Shown here in pieces: positions 1 through 8,268 of a stretch of DNA of 64,000 bases. Each line of letters opens with the position of its first letter. The stretch's first letter is position 1. Below the pieces are notes generated by a model. The model did no database searches. It saw nothing but the letters and a program-made list of their open reading frames with translations, and had not been told where the DNA came from. A program made the position numbers and the translations under genes. The DNA comes from a virus: IMG/VR virus record IMGVR_UViG_3300020462_000003, positions 10,267-74,266 of that record. One strand, 5' to 3'.

Positions 1-567
1 GAACCCGTAGTTCCAAGGAAGTGCGTACTCACGCCAGCCGTAAGAACCCCCTGTTGCTTGCCAGCCTTTAAGGTGTTCGCGTAAACGTAGAATCTTGGTG
101 CCACTGTCGAAGGTAAGTTTGCCTTCTTCGTTGAATACCCGGAGGCCCCACCGTTCATTGGAGGGGATCACCATATCCATACGCACCACAGCGTATTTCC
201 ATCCAATATGAGGAATGCCTTGATACTGCCCACCGTAAGGAAGATCAAACACATGTTTATACGCGATCTCGAACCCTGACCAGGCACCTGGACTACCGAT
301 AGGCTGGTAGGAATGAACAGCCCCTTGAGGGGAGTCAGGGATCATAACCACCAAGGGTGGCTCGATGGAATTGATTACCGAAGGGAAGTATGCCCGGATC
401 AACATCCCGTAGTAGTAATCGTTGTAGACGTAGAACCCCCTATTAGAGTTGTAGAACAGCCCCTCTGCATAGTGCATCGTGCCCCGTGCTACAACTGAAA
501 GGGTCACATGTTGGTCATCTACAACAATCGACCCTTTGTCATTGTTGATCTGGAATCCGTAACTCAT
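1..567 (-). CDS. tail-tip-associated protein (partial, runs off window start)
   Basis: Own translation: ATG at 567 overlaps the TGA of the upstream gene; MSYGFQINNDKGSIVVDDQH...WGLRVFNEEGKLTFDSG stays open to position 1. The YG..N..G...D repeat is typical of small genes following J-like tail tips. Confidence 0.65.
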   Translation of the reverse strand, partial: MSYGFQINNDKGSIVVDDQHVTLSVVARGTMHYAEGLFYNSNRGFYVYNDYYYGMLIRAYFPSVINSIEPPLVVMIPDSPQGAVHSYQPIGSPGAWSGFEIAYKHVFDLPYGGQYQGIPHIGWKYAVVRMDMVIPSNERWGLRVFNEEGKLTFDSGTKILRLREHLKGWQATGGSYGWREYALPWNYGF

Positions 568-911
568 GACAAGGCCACCAGGACAATATCGCAACTGCAG
601 TCCATCAACCCTGGTCCTGTTTGCGATGAGGGAATGGAGATAGGCTCCAGAACCAGATAGCCATCGTAAGGCGTCACAATAGGAGGGTTGTATCCACGGT
701 GGCCTTCAGGACCTGAATGCCCGTAGCGTGTGCGCGCCTGGACAATGACAGCGTGATTGCTTCTGCATTTAGGAGCAGACACCCAAAGGGCTGAGTTCCG
801 CATACCTGCGTACACCCTGACGATATCGATCACACGCAGCGACAGGAACTCGGAATCGAATACCACCCCACCGTTTTCATTCCAGCATCGAATACCATAA
901 CTCATGCCCAT
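564..911 (-). CDS. small tail-tip-associated protein
   Basis: MSYGIRCWNENGGVVFDS N-terminus; coupled to both neighbours (start may be 905). Confidence 0.6.
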   Translation of the reverse strand: MGMSYGIRCWNENGGVVFDSEFLSLRVIDIVRVYAGMRNSALWVSAPKCRSNHAVIVQARTRYGHSGPEGHRGYNPPIVTPYDGYLVLEPISIPSSQTGPGLMDCSCDIVLVALS

Positions 912-2164
912 AGATCTCCGATTTGAACGCGCAGCCTGCCGCTGCCGTCATACACCTTGGTGGCATTATTGGTATCTACCTTTCGGCCACGACCTGGGGT
1001 TACACCGTTGTTCTCGAAGACCCCCGATCTATCCAACTTCCACCCTGAATAGCCTGGGGAGTAATTGCTTGACTGAATCGCCCCTGACACTTTGGCGAAG
1101 TCCAGCTCCAAATAGTCTGCTTTCAGTTTGCCGTCTTGCACCATGACGGAACCATCGTCTGCACGCAGCTTGGTAAACACCAGGCTCCGTACAACAGCCT
1201 GATCAATAAACACCTCATCGTCCTCAACGATGAAAGGTTTGACTCGATTCTTGGTACGACCTACCCAGAAGCGATCTACGTCGAAACCGGCTTCCACGGA
1301 AGTGCCGTCGTTGTACACACCGAAGCCACCAATCAGACCATTTACGTCGACTTGTGCGGTGTACAGAGCACCGATCTCCTTGACCGTACCGTTCACCGTT
1401 TCGATCTTGGTCTCAAAACGCTGCTGCACTGAGGCAATCTCATCGCCTAGCTGGCTCTGAGCTGTGGTGATCTGCTGGGCCAATGCCCCGTCTCGATTAA
1501 TACGAGTAGCAGTCTCTTCCTGCACGGCTGCAGATACGTTGTTGCTATGAGCCTGGACCGTATTGATTGCGGTAACCAGGGACTCTTCAGCCGTAGCCCT
1601 GGCCACTACCTCTTCCTGCAGCAATGCACGGGAGTGCTCAGTGAAGGCCACCACCTCGTTGTAGGCGACACCTAAGGCGTCGTCATACTCAGCCAACATC
1701 CGCAGCTCTTTATCAATCTCCAACTTATTGGTCTGGATCATCCCGATCTCAGTCTTCAAGGATTGAGCCAGGACACCTGAATCAATCTGATCCGTCAGCA
1801 GCTCTAACATCTGGGTGATGGTGGGCCTGGCTGTAGCAGAGGCCGGGCCAATCATTGGACCTATCGTGCCATTCACGGAGACGATCTGAATCCAGTAGTA
1901 ATACTTGATCAGTGTTGCCGTGGTGGTCCGATCGTAGAAGTAGTTACCTGCGACGATCTTGTGACGTACAGCAGAACTCTCAGCAGGTGCTGTACTTCGA
2001 TAGACAATCACATGTGCAACTGCATGGGGATTGATTGCAGGATAGGTCCACTCAACATCAATCCCCCCGAATGCCGAAGTAGCAGTCAGGATTGAGTTAT
2101 TATCCGGGTCCCCCGGCTTGGGGAAGTTCCCTCCCCCAGTTCCACATACCCATCCTTCAGACAT
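902..2164 (-). CDS. tail tip/host-specificity protein (Fn3-like N-terminus, coiled coil, J-like DUF1983-type C-terminus)
   Basis: VDVNGLIGGFG..PFIV....VFID motif and IQSSNYSPGYSGWKLDRSG...GRLRVQIG ending resemble the lambda J C-terminus. Confidence 0.7.
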   Translation of the reverse strand: MSEGWVCGTGGGNFPKPGDPDNNSILTATSAFGGIDVEWTYPAINPHAVAHVIVYRSTAPAESSAVRHKIVAGNYFYDRTTTATLIKYYYWIQIVSVNGTIGPMIGPASATARPTITQMLELLTDQIDSGVLAQSLKTEIGMIQTNKLEIDKELRMLAEYDDALGVAYNEVVAFTEHSRALLQEEVVARATAEESLVTAINTVQAHSNNVSAAVQEETATRINRDGALAQQITTAQSQLGDEIASVQQRFETKIETVNGTVKEIGALYTAQVDVNGLIGGFGVYNDGTSVEAGFDVDRFWVGRTKNRVKPFIVEDDEVFIDQAVVRSLVFTKLRADDGSVMVQDGKLKADYLELDFAKVSGAIQSSNYSPGYSGWKLDRSGVFENNGVTPGRGRKVDTNNATKVYDGSGRLRVQIGDLWA

Positions 2165-2242
2165 GAGAAGTGCCCTACCAAAGATTCAGTTGGGCCTTAC
2201 TATACGCAACTCCCCTCCACACTACCCAAACAGAGAAGCAAC

Positions 2243-2887
2243 ATGAAAGCCGATTACATTACCCACATGGGTGACGACCTGTTGGTTGTCAATTCCGCTC
2301 GCGTATCGTTCTCGAAAGAGTCGGACTTCGATATCGACGGAAACCTGGATTCCCGTGATCAAAAGTTGATTACTTACCTTGCTGCTCACGGACACTGGAC
2401 ACCCTTTAGCCATCCACAAATCACCCTGCGTGAAACAGTCCCGATCTTCGTGGCCCGTCAGCGTTTCAAGCACATGGTAGGATTCACTTACAACGAAGTG
2501 TCTCGTCGCTACGTGGATGACACTCCAGCCTTCTATGTGCCTGAAGTCTGGCGTAGCCGTCCTGAAGGCAGCATGAAGCAGGGGAGCGGTGAAGCCCACA
2601 AAGATCAAGGCTTCTACACCAAAGCGTACTCGGAACTCATGGACTCGCTACGCGAGTGCTACGAATCCATGATTAAAGATGGTATTGCGCCGGAACAAGC
2701 CCGCATGGTTTTGCCGCAATCCATGATGACCAGTTATTACGTAACTGGCTCTCTCGCAGCCTGGGCACGCGCGTATAAGCAACGCATGGATGCACACGCT
2801 CAAGTTGAAATTCAGGACCTGGCCAAACAGTGGGGAAATGTACTTGAACCCCTGTTCCCAATTTCATGGAAGGCATTGACTCAGTAA
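2243..2887 (+). CDS. thyX: flavin-dependent thymidylate synthase
   Basis: NSARVSF, HWTPFSH, FVARQRFKH, NEVSRRY, PEQARMVLP motifs. Confidence 0.95.
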   Translation: MKADYITHMGDDLLVVNSARVSFSKESDFDIDGNLDSRDQKLITYLAAHGHWTPFSHPQITLRETVPIFVARQRFKHMVGFTYNEVSRRYVDDTPAFYVPEVWRSRPEGSMKQGSGEAHKDQGFYTKAYSELMDSLRECYESMIKDGIAPEQARMVLPQSMMTSYYVTGSLAAWARAYKQRMDAHAQVEIQDLAKQWGNVLEPLFPISWKALTQ

Positions 2888-2933
2888 CTAGCGTAAGTGT
2901 TCTAATACACTCGCTGTAACTCTCCTCACCTTT

Positions 2934-2978
2934 AAGCCAGTGCCCTGAACTTTTCCTGCAGGGCATTGGCTTCTTTTT
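2934..2978 (+). terminator. intrinsic terminator-like hairpin between thyX and nrdB
   Basis: aagccagtgccctg / cagggcattggctt stem followed by ctttttat. Confidence 0.55.
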
Positions 2979-3000
2979 ATCCGCTCTACGAGGTTCCTAT

Positions 3001-4032
3001 ATGTCTTTGGACATTATTCCGCCTGCGTTGAGCCAAATTGAATCCCCAACCGATTCATACGTGGCTCGCTATCCGTGGGCAGCAGAGTTTGCTGTCGAAC
3101 AACAATCCATCTTCTGGCCTGCTGAAGAGTTGGGTGTTGATGAAGACGAAGATGACTTCCGTACCAAACTTACCGACGGTGAGTTGCACGGTGTTCTTTT
3201 CGCCCAATCAATCCTCACTCAGTACGAGCTGATGATCGGTGGCGAGGAACTATGGGGTGGCAAGATCGCCCGCATGTTCCCACGTCCCGAGATCCAGCGG
3301 ATGTGTGCCTGTTTTGCCCACGTCGAGCTGGGTAGCCATGCACCCTTCTACGACCTGGCAAACAAGGTGCTGGGCCGTGCCACCGACGACTTCTACCGTC
3401 AGTGGAAGAGCGACCCGATCCTGGCTGAGCGCATCGCCTTCATCAGCCAATGTGCTGGTAGTGCCAATCCGTTGGAAGTCACTGCAGCCCTCGCCTTCCT
3501 CGAAGGTGCCGTGCTGTTCAGCGTCTTTGGTTACTTCAAGGGTTTCAATGCCCGTGGCCACAACATGATCCCGCACTTCGTGTCCGGTATCGATGGGAGT
3601 GCCAAGGACGAGAACTTCCACTCGATCGCCTCTGCTCGCCTGTTCAACCAGTGCCGTGCAGAACGCATGGAGCTGGGTAACCACACCCCTGCTCACGACG
3701 AAGCGTTGAACCAGGTCATCGACCGGATGAGCCAGACCGTCTACGAGCATGAGCTGCGGATCATCGACCGTATGTTCGAAGTGCCGGGCAACCGCGTGGT
3801 GGCTCAGGACGAGCTGGTGCATTTCCTCAAGGACCGCATCGACGTGGTGCGTAACCGTCTGGGCCGTCCTGCCCAGTTCGACCTGAAGAAAGGCGAGATC
3901 TCCAACTGGTTCTACCAGCAGCTTTCCACCGTGAAGGTGCCTGACTTCTTCGCAGCAACCCAACTGCAGTACACCCGCAACTGGGCCAAGCACAAACTCA
4001 CCTTCCGTAAGGAGCTGGCTCATGGCGTTTGA
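3001..4032 (+). CDS. nrdB: class I ribonucleotide reductase beta subunit
   Basis: Ferritin-like ligands TQYE, ELGSH...Y, LEG, DENFH; C-terminal DFF....QY. Confidence 0.92.
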   Translation: MSLDIIPPALSQIESPTDSYVARYPWAAEFAVEQQSIFWPAEELGVDEDEDDFRTKLTDGELHGVLFAQSILTQYELMIGGEELWGGKIARMFPRPEIQRMCACFAHVELGSHAPFYDLANKVLGRATDDFYRQWKSDPILAERIAFISQCAGSANPLEVTAALAFLEGAVLFSVFGYFKGFNARGHNMIPHFVSGIDGSAKDENFHSIASARLFNQCRAERMELGNHTPAHDEALNQVIDRMSQTVYEHELRIIDRMFEVPGNRVVAQDELVHFLKDRIDVVRNRLGRPAQFDLKKGEISNWFYQQLSTVKVPDFFAATQLQYTRNWAKHKLTFRKELAHGV

Positions 4033-5749
4033 TCCCACTGGTCTGGATGAACAGACCCTGCAGAAATTCGAACAGCTGAGCGTCGAGCGTAAGCGCCTTC
4101 AGGAGATGGGCCACCTGCCGAGCTGGTACACCACGCAAGGCTGGCAAATGTTCAAGAAGAAGTACGCCGTTCCGGAAGAACTGGCTGTACTAGGCCGCCA
4201 TCGGCGTATTGCCTACACCCTGGCTCGACACATGAAAGGCCGTGAGGTGGAGTGGGAAGAGAAGTTCTTCCACGAGATGTGGGATGGCATCCTCAGCCCC
4301 TCCAGCCCTGCCCTGGCCAACACGGGAACCGATCGAGGCATGATGGTCGCCTGCTCTGGGCAAGTGGTCAGCGACAGCGTAAACGGCTTCTACACCGCCT
4401 TGCGTGAGACTGCGCTGCTGTCCAAGTGGGGCTTTGGCACCAGTGCCGACTTCAGCGGTATCCGGGGTCGGGGCATGCCGATCAGCAAAGGCGGTGAAGC
4501 CAGTGGTGCCGTGGAGGTCATCAATGACTTCTTCACGGCAGCGGGCAAGATCAGCCAGGGGGGTGCTCGCCGGGGTTCCATTGGGGCCTACCTGGATATC
4601 GAGCACAGCGATTGGGATGAGGCCTGCGATTCGCTGGCTGCTGAACCCAACGGGAAGAATTATGGCTGGATCATCCGTGATTCGTTCGTGGACAAGCTCG
4701 ACGCAGGCGACAAGGATGCCAACCGTCGCTGGACCAAGGCGCTCTACACCAAGCTGATCACCGGCAAGGGGTACATCTTCTGCCCTGATAAGGCCAACCG
4801 CCACCGTCCGCAGATGTACAAGGACCGGGGCTTGGATATCAAAGCCACCAACCTGTGCTCGGAGATCATGCTGCACAGCTCCGACGACCTGACCTATAGC
4901 TGCATCCTGGCTTCATTGAACCTGGTGCATTGGGACCGCATCAAGAACAGTGAGTCGGTGTTCATCGCAACGGTGTTCCTGGATTGCCTGTGTCAGGAAT
5001 TCATCGAGAAGAGTGCCGGTATTCCAGGTCTGGAGAAGGTCCGTGCGTTCACGATCAAGGGCCGAGCCATCGGTCTGGGTATCATGGGCTTCCACACCTA
5101 CCTGCAGTCGCAGAACATTCCGTACGTGGGTCTTGAAGCACAGTTCCTCTCCACCGAGATCGCCAAGCACCTGCATGACGAATCCCTTCGGGCAAGCCAG
5201 TGGCTGGCACAGGAGTACGGCGAGCCTGAATGGTGCAAGGGTTACGGTGTCCGCAACACACATCGCACAGCCTACGCACCGACCAAGACCACCAGCCTGC
5301 TGATGGGGGGCGTCAGTGAATCCTGGTTCCCAGACCCTGGCATGGTGTTTGATGCGGGTTCATCTGTGGGCGAGCTTCGCCGGATTCCCCCGGTGTTCTA
5401 CGAGCTGATGAAAGCCCGAGGCGTCTACAGCGAAGAGACCGTACAGGACATCATCGATCACCTCGGTTCTGTTCAGCATGTTGACTGGCTGGGTGACCCT
5501 GAAAAGCTGGTGTATCTCAATGCCTTCGAGATGGACCAGCACATCCTGCTGCGTCACTGCTCTCAACGTCAGAAGTGGACTTGCCAAGGTCAGAGCCTGA
5601 ACTTCTACGTACCGGAAGACGGCAGCGAGGATCTGATTGCTGAGCTGATGACCCTGGTGCTGCTCGACGAGAACATCCTGTCTCAGTACTACATCTACTC
5701 GCGCAGCGGTGTGGTCGTGAAGGATGAATGCGTGGCCTGCTCAGCGTGA
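4022..5749 (+). CDS. nrdA: class I ribonucleotide reductase alpha subunit (short, no ATP cone)
   Basis: SPSSPALAN, SQGGARRG, TNLCSE, APT, QYY, C-terminal CVAC. Confidence 0.95.
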   Translation: MAFDPTGLDEQTLQKFEQLSVERKRLQEMGHLPSWYTTQGWQMFKKKYAVPEELAVLGRHRRIAYTLARHMKGREVEWEEKFFHEMWDGILSPSSPALANTGTDRGMMVACSGQVVSDSVNGFYTALRETALLSKWGFGTSADFSGIRGRGMPISKGGEASGAVEVINDFFTAAGKISQGGARRGSIGAYLDIEHSDWDEACDSLAAEPNGKNYGWIIRDSFVDKLDAGDKDANRRWTKALYTKLITGKGYIFCPDKANRHRPQMYKDRGLDIKATNLCSEIMLHSSDDLTYSCILASLNLVHWDRIKNSESVFIATVFLDCLCQEFIEKSAGIPGLEKVRAFTIKGRAIGLGIMGFHTYLQSQNIPYVGLEAQFLSTEIAKHLHDESLRASQWLAQEYGEPEWCKGYGVRNTHRTAYAPTKTTSLLMGGVSESWFPDPGMVFDAGSSVGELRRIPPVFYELMKARGVYSEETVQDIIDHLGSVQHVDWLGDPEKLVYLNAFEMDQHILLRHCSQRQKWTCQGQSLNFYVPEDGSEDLIAELMTLVLLDENILSQYYIYSRSGVVVKDECVACSA

Positions 5750-5818
5750 CAGACGCCCTCACGGGCGTTCGGTGACGAACCAGTAGAAGAGGTTCAGTTA
5801 TGACTTCAAGGAAGAACA

Positions 5819-5889
5819 GGTCACTGCATCGGAGCGCAGCACAAGGCGAGCCTGCGAGCCGACAGTGCGGAGGCGACGTTGCAGTGACC
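5819..5889 (+). repeat. long bulged hairpin, copy A of an inverted pair
   Basis: Outer stem ggtcactgca/tgcagtgacc; contains CGCAGCACAAGGCG (5835-5848) and CAGTGCGGAGG (5863-5873). Confidence 0.8.
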
Positions 5890-6019
5890 ATTCATCGGTA
5901 GTGGCAGTAAGCCACCCTACAGTTGATCCAGATCAAGCAGATTCAGTGACCCCGTTCACTAGAATGCGCGCCCTCTGCTGTACGGGACTTTGAATAAGTC
6001 CTTTCGCTTGTACAACTTT

Positions 6020-6100
6020 CCAATCCTCGACTCGAACCTCCGCACTGGCGGCGCACTCGCTGCGCTCGACGCCTTGTGCTGCGTTCGCGCCTCGGATTGG
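6020..6100 (-). repeat. long bulged hairpin, copy B of an inverted pair
   Basis: Outer stem ccaatcc/ggattgg; reverse complements of the same two blocks at 6070-6083 and 6037-6047. Confidence 0.8.
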
Positions 6101-6169
6101 TGAGGGTTTTTGTGGGGGATCGAGCCTGTGTCTGGCCTGCCGAAGGCACAGGGGAGATCCCCTTTATAT

Positions 6170-6646
6170 ATGCGTCGTTTTCGAGAGGTCATCTTGGACG
6201 CCTACACCAGCACGTACCCGATCGATGAAATGCCCTTGCTCATGGCTCGCTTAGGCAAGGCAAGAACCGATCGGATTCGCTACAGCTCCAGCTACACACA
6301 CCCCCGTCCACCCTCCCCCCGTAACACGGCCAACCCGTTGCTGAGCTTCATGCAACGCTACAAGGCCTACGACGGCAGTCAGGTGGACGACATTATCTTG
6401 GGCATCGCCAGGCTGGATCACCACAGCAAGGCGGGGAAGCACTCCATACCCCTGAGTGTGACCCGGCTCTACAACATCCTGCAGTGCATGGATGTGATCA
6501 ATACCCAGGAGATCCGCTACATGCTTGGCGTGGATACTCGGCAGGCACAGAAGTACCTGAAGGCTATCAAGTTGTGCCTGTTTCATATTCAAAAGCACAT
6601 CGACAAACAACAATACCAGACCTCGCCAGACGAGCCACTGGAATAA
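6170..6646 (+). CDS. hypothetical protein, possible C-terminal helix-turn-helix
   Basis: ORF with phage-like codon usage; NTQEIRYMLGVDTRQAQKYL resembles an HTH; start uncertain (6170 or 6229). Confidence 0.55.
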   Translation: MRRFREVILDAYTSTYPIDEMPLLMARLGKARTDRIRYSSSYTHPRPPSPRNTANPLLSFMQRYKAYDGSQVDDIILGIARLDHHSKAGKHSIPLSVTRLYNILQCMDVINTQEIRYMLGVDTRQAQKYLKAIKLCLFHIQKHIDKQQYQTSPDEPLE

Positions 6647-6696
6647 ACCAACACTTGAAATAAACTGCATGGACGCAATAACCCCAGGAAGTAACC

Positions 6697-7023
6697 ATGC
6701 ACGACCTGCAGCACTGCAAGAGTATCGGCTGTTCCATGAGTTGGCGCAGCGAAGAACTCAACGACTACTGTCCAAGTTGCCGAGATAAGAACGCTGTTCC
6801 GAACTTCGGTCACTTGCACAGTATCGACAACCATCGTGTGAACCACCTCTTCAAGATCAACCATCCCTGTTTGCAGGAAGCAGTCAGCTACCTACTGGAA
6901 TCAGGTAAGGCTACGGATGAGTGGCAAGAAGAGTTGGTGGACAATGCCTTGAAGGCGTTGAACCGCTGGCAGGAAATGATTCAAGAAGACAAACAAGGAG
7001 CTGCCATCCTGGCAGTCGAATGA
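6697..7023 (+). CDS. hypothetical protein (Cys-rich N-terminus)
   Basis: SD agga upstream; coupled to the next gene. Confidence 0.6.
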   Translation: MHDLQHCKSIGCSMSWRSEELNDYCPSCRDKNAVPNFGHLHSIDNHRVNHLFKINHPCLQEAVSYLLESGKATDEWQEELVDNALKALNRWQEMIQEDKQGAAILAVE

Positions 7024-7238
7024 CCATGCTCAACTTACTGCTTTTGCTGGTTCCTCGGTTTACGACTCGGTATTACATCCACCGTATTTCTCGTGGGAGT
7101 AGTAAGCCTAGTAAGTTGACCTTGCTGTATTGCAACTCTCCGAAGTTTATTCAACCCGGTGACCTGGTTCACAAGGTGAGTTACTTCAACCTCTTTGGTT
7201 TCCCGAAGTTCATCAACGTTACGGTGACCCGCCACTGA
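7020..7238 (+). CDS. hypothetical protein
   Basis: ATGA overlap with the previous stop; MTMLNLLLLL... Confidence 0.45.
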   Translation: MTMLNLLLLLVPRFTTRYYIHRISRGSSKPSKLTLLYCNSPKFIQPGDLVHKVSYFNLFGFPKFINVTVTRH

Positions 7239-7275
7239 GTCTGGTGTGTGGGTCGCCTTCATTGAAGGTAGTCCC

Positions 7276-8250
7276 ATGCGTAAGTACCTCAACAACTCCA
7301 ACGTCCCGTTGTCTCTCGCGGTCTTTTTAGCGACAGACAATTATGATCACGACTCCGCCACCATCAGTGCTACCACACTGATCAAACCCCTTCGCCAGAT
7401 CATCCTGGCCTCCCGTGTGCCTCAGGAGCAGGGACTGGTCGATATCTCCGGCATGGTCAGCTCCCGTATGGGCAGTGCGATCCATGACAGCATCGAGCAG
7501 GCCTGGAAACAGCGTCACGTCGAAGCTATGACTGCACTGGGCTATCCGGACAAGGTGATCGCCAAGGTGCGTATCAACCCTGCACCTGAAGAACTGGGTC
7601 CGGGCGTTATCCCGGTCTACCTGGAGCAACGCGCCTATCGAGAAATCGAAGGCCGTACCGTGTCGGGCAAGTTCGACTTTGTGGGCGATGGCCGCGTGGA
7701 GGATTTCAAGTCCACATCGGTGTACACCTACATCAACAACACCAACGATGAGAAGTACAAACTTCAGGGCGGTATCTATCGCTGGTTGAATCCGAAGATC
7801 ATCACGCAAGACACGATGGCTATTCAGTTCATCTTCACTGACTGGAGTCAGGCCCAGGCCAAGAGTTCTGCGAACTACCCTGCCAGCCGAACACTGGAAC
7901 ATGTGTTGCGTCTGCCCTCTCCGCAATTCATCGAAGAATTTATCCGAAACAAGATTCGTAATCTGGATAAGTTCTGGAATGCACCGGAAAATGAGATCCC
8001 GCTTTGTACTGAAGAAGATCTCTGGCGATCTGCCCCACAGTTCAAGTACTACAAGAACCCTGCAAAGACCCAACGCTCAACCAAGAACTTCGACAACAAG
8101 CAAGATGCTTACTTGCAACTGGCCAATGATGGCAATGTCGGCAAAGTGGTTGAAGTGCAAGGTCAGGTTAAGGCATGCCGGTATTGCCCAGGGTTCTACG
8201 CCTGCACCCAGAAAGATAAATACATCGAATCGGGTGAACTTCAGCTTTAA
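7276..8250 (+). CDS. PD-(D/E)xK exonuclease (N4 gp42-like)
   Basis: ISATTLIKP, GSAIH, SGKFD..EDFKS, CRYC.....C; synteny upstream of primase. Confidence 0.8.
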   Translation: MRKYLNNSNVPLSLAVFLATDNYDHDSATISATTLIKPLRQIILASRVPQEQGLVDISGMVSSRMGSAIHDSIEQAWKQRHVEAMTALGYPDKVIAKVRINPAPEELGPGVIPVYLEQRAYREIEGRTVSGKFDFVGDGRVEDFKSTSVYTYINNTNDEKYKLQGGIYRWLNPKIITQDTMAIQFIFTDWSQAQAKSSANYPASRTLEHVLRLPSPQFIEEFIRNKIRNLDKFWNAPENEIPLCTEEDLWRSAPQFKYYKNPAKTQRSTKNFDNKQDAYLQLANDGNVGKVVEVQGQVKACRYCPGFYACTQKDKYIESGELQL

Positions 8251-8268
8251 CCACAACAGGAGTGCTCC

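Noticed and set aside
2890-2916. NrdR box upstream of nrdB (agtgttctaatacact)
   Set aside because: Palindromic, but it does not match the acaC-AtAT-TtGtg consensus; treated as an unexplained small hairpin.
6020-6100. tRNA-like element (GGAGGTTCGAGT on the minus strand resembles a T-loop)
   Set aside because: No pairing T-stem, no acceptor/D/anticodon arms and no CCA. No tRNA was recognised anywhere in the window.
5750-6170. Retron msr/msd or CRISPR mini-array
   Set aside because: No reverse transcriptase in the window; there are only two copies, inverted rather than direct repeats with spacers.
7276-8250. Cas4 / CRISPR association of the PD-(D/E)xK nuclease
   Set aside because: It is the syntenic N4 gp42-like replication exonuclease; no array or other cas genes are present.
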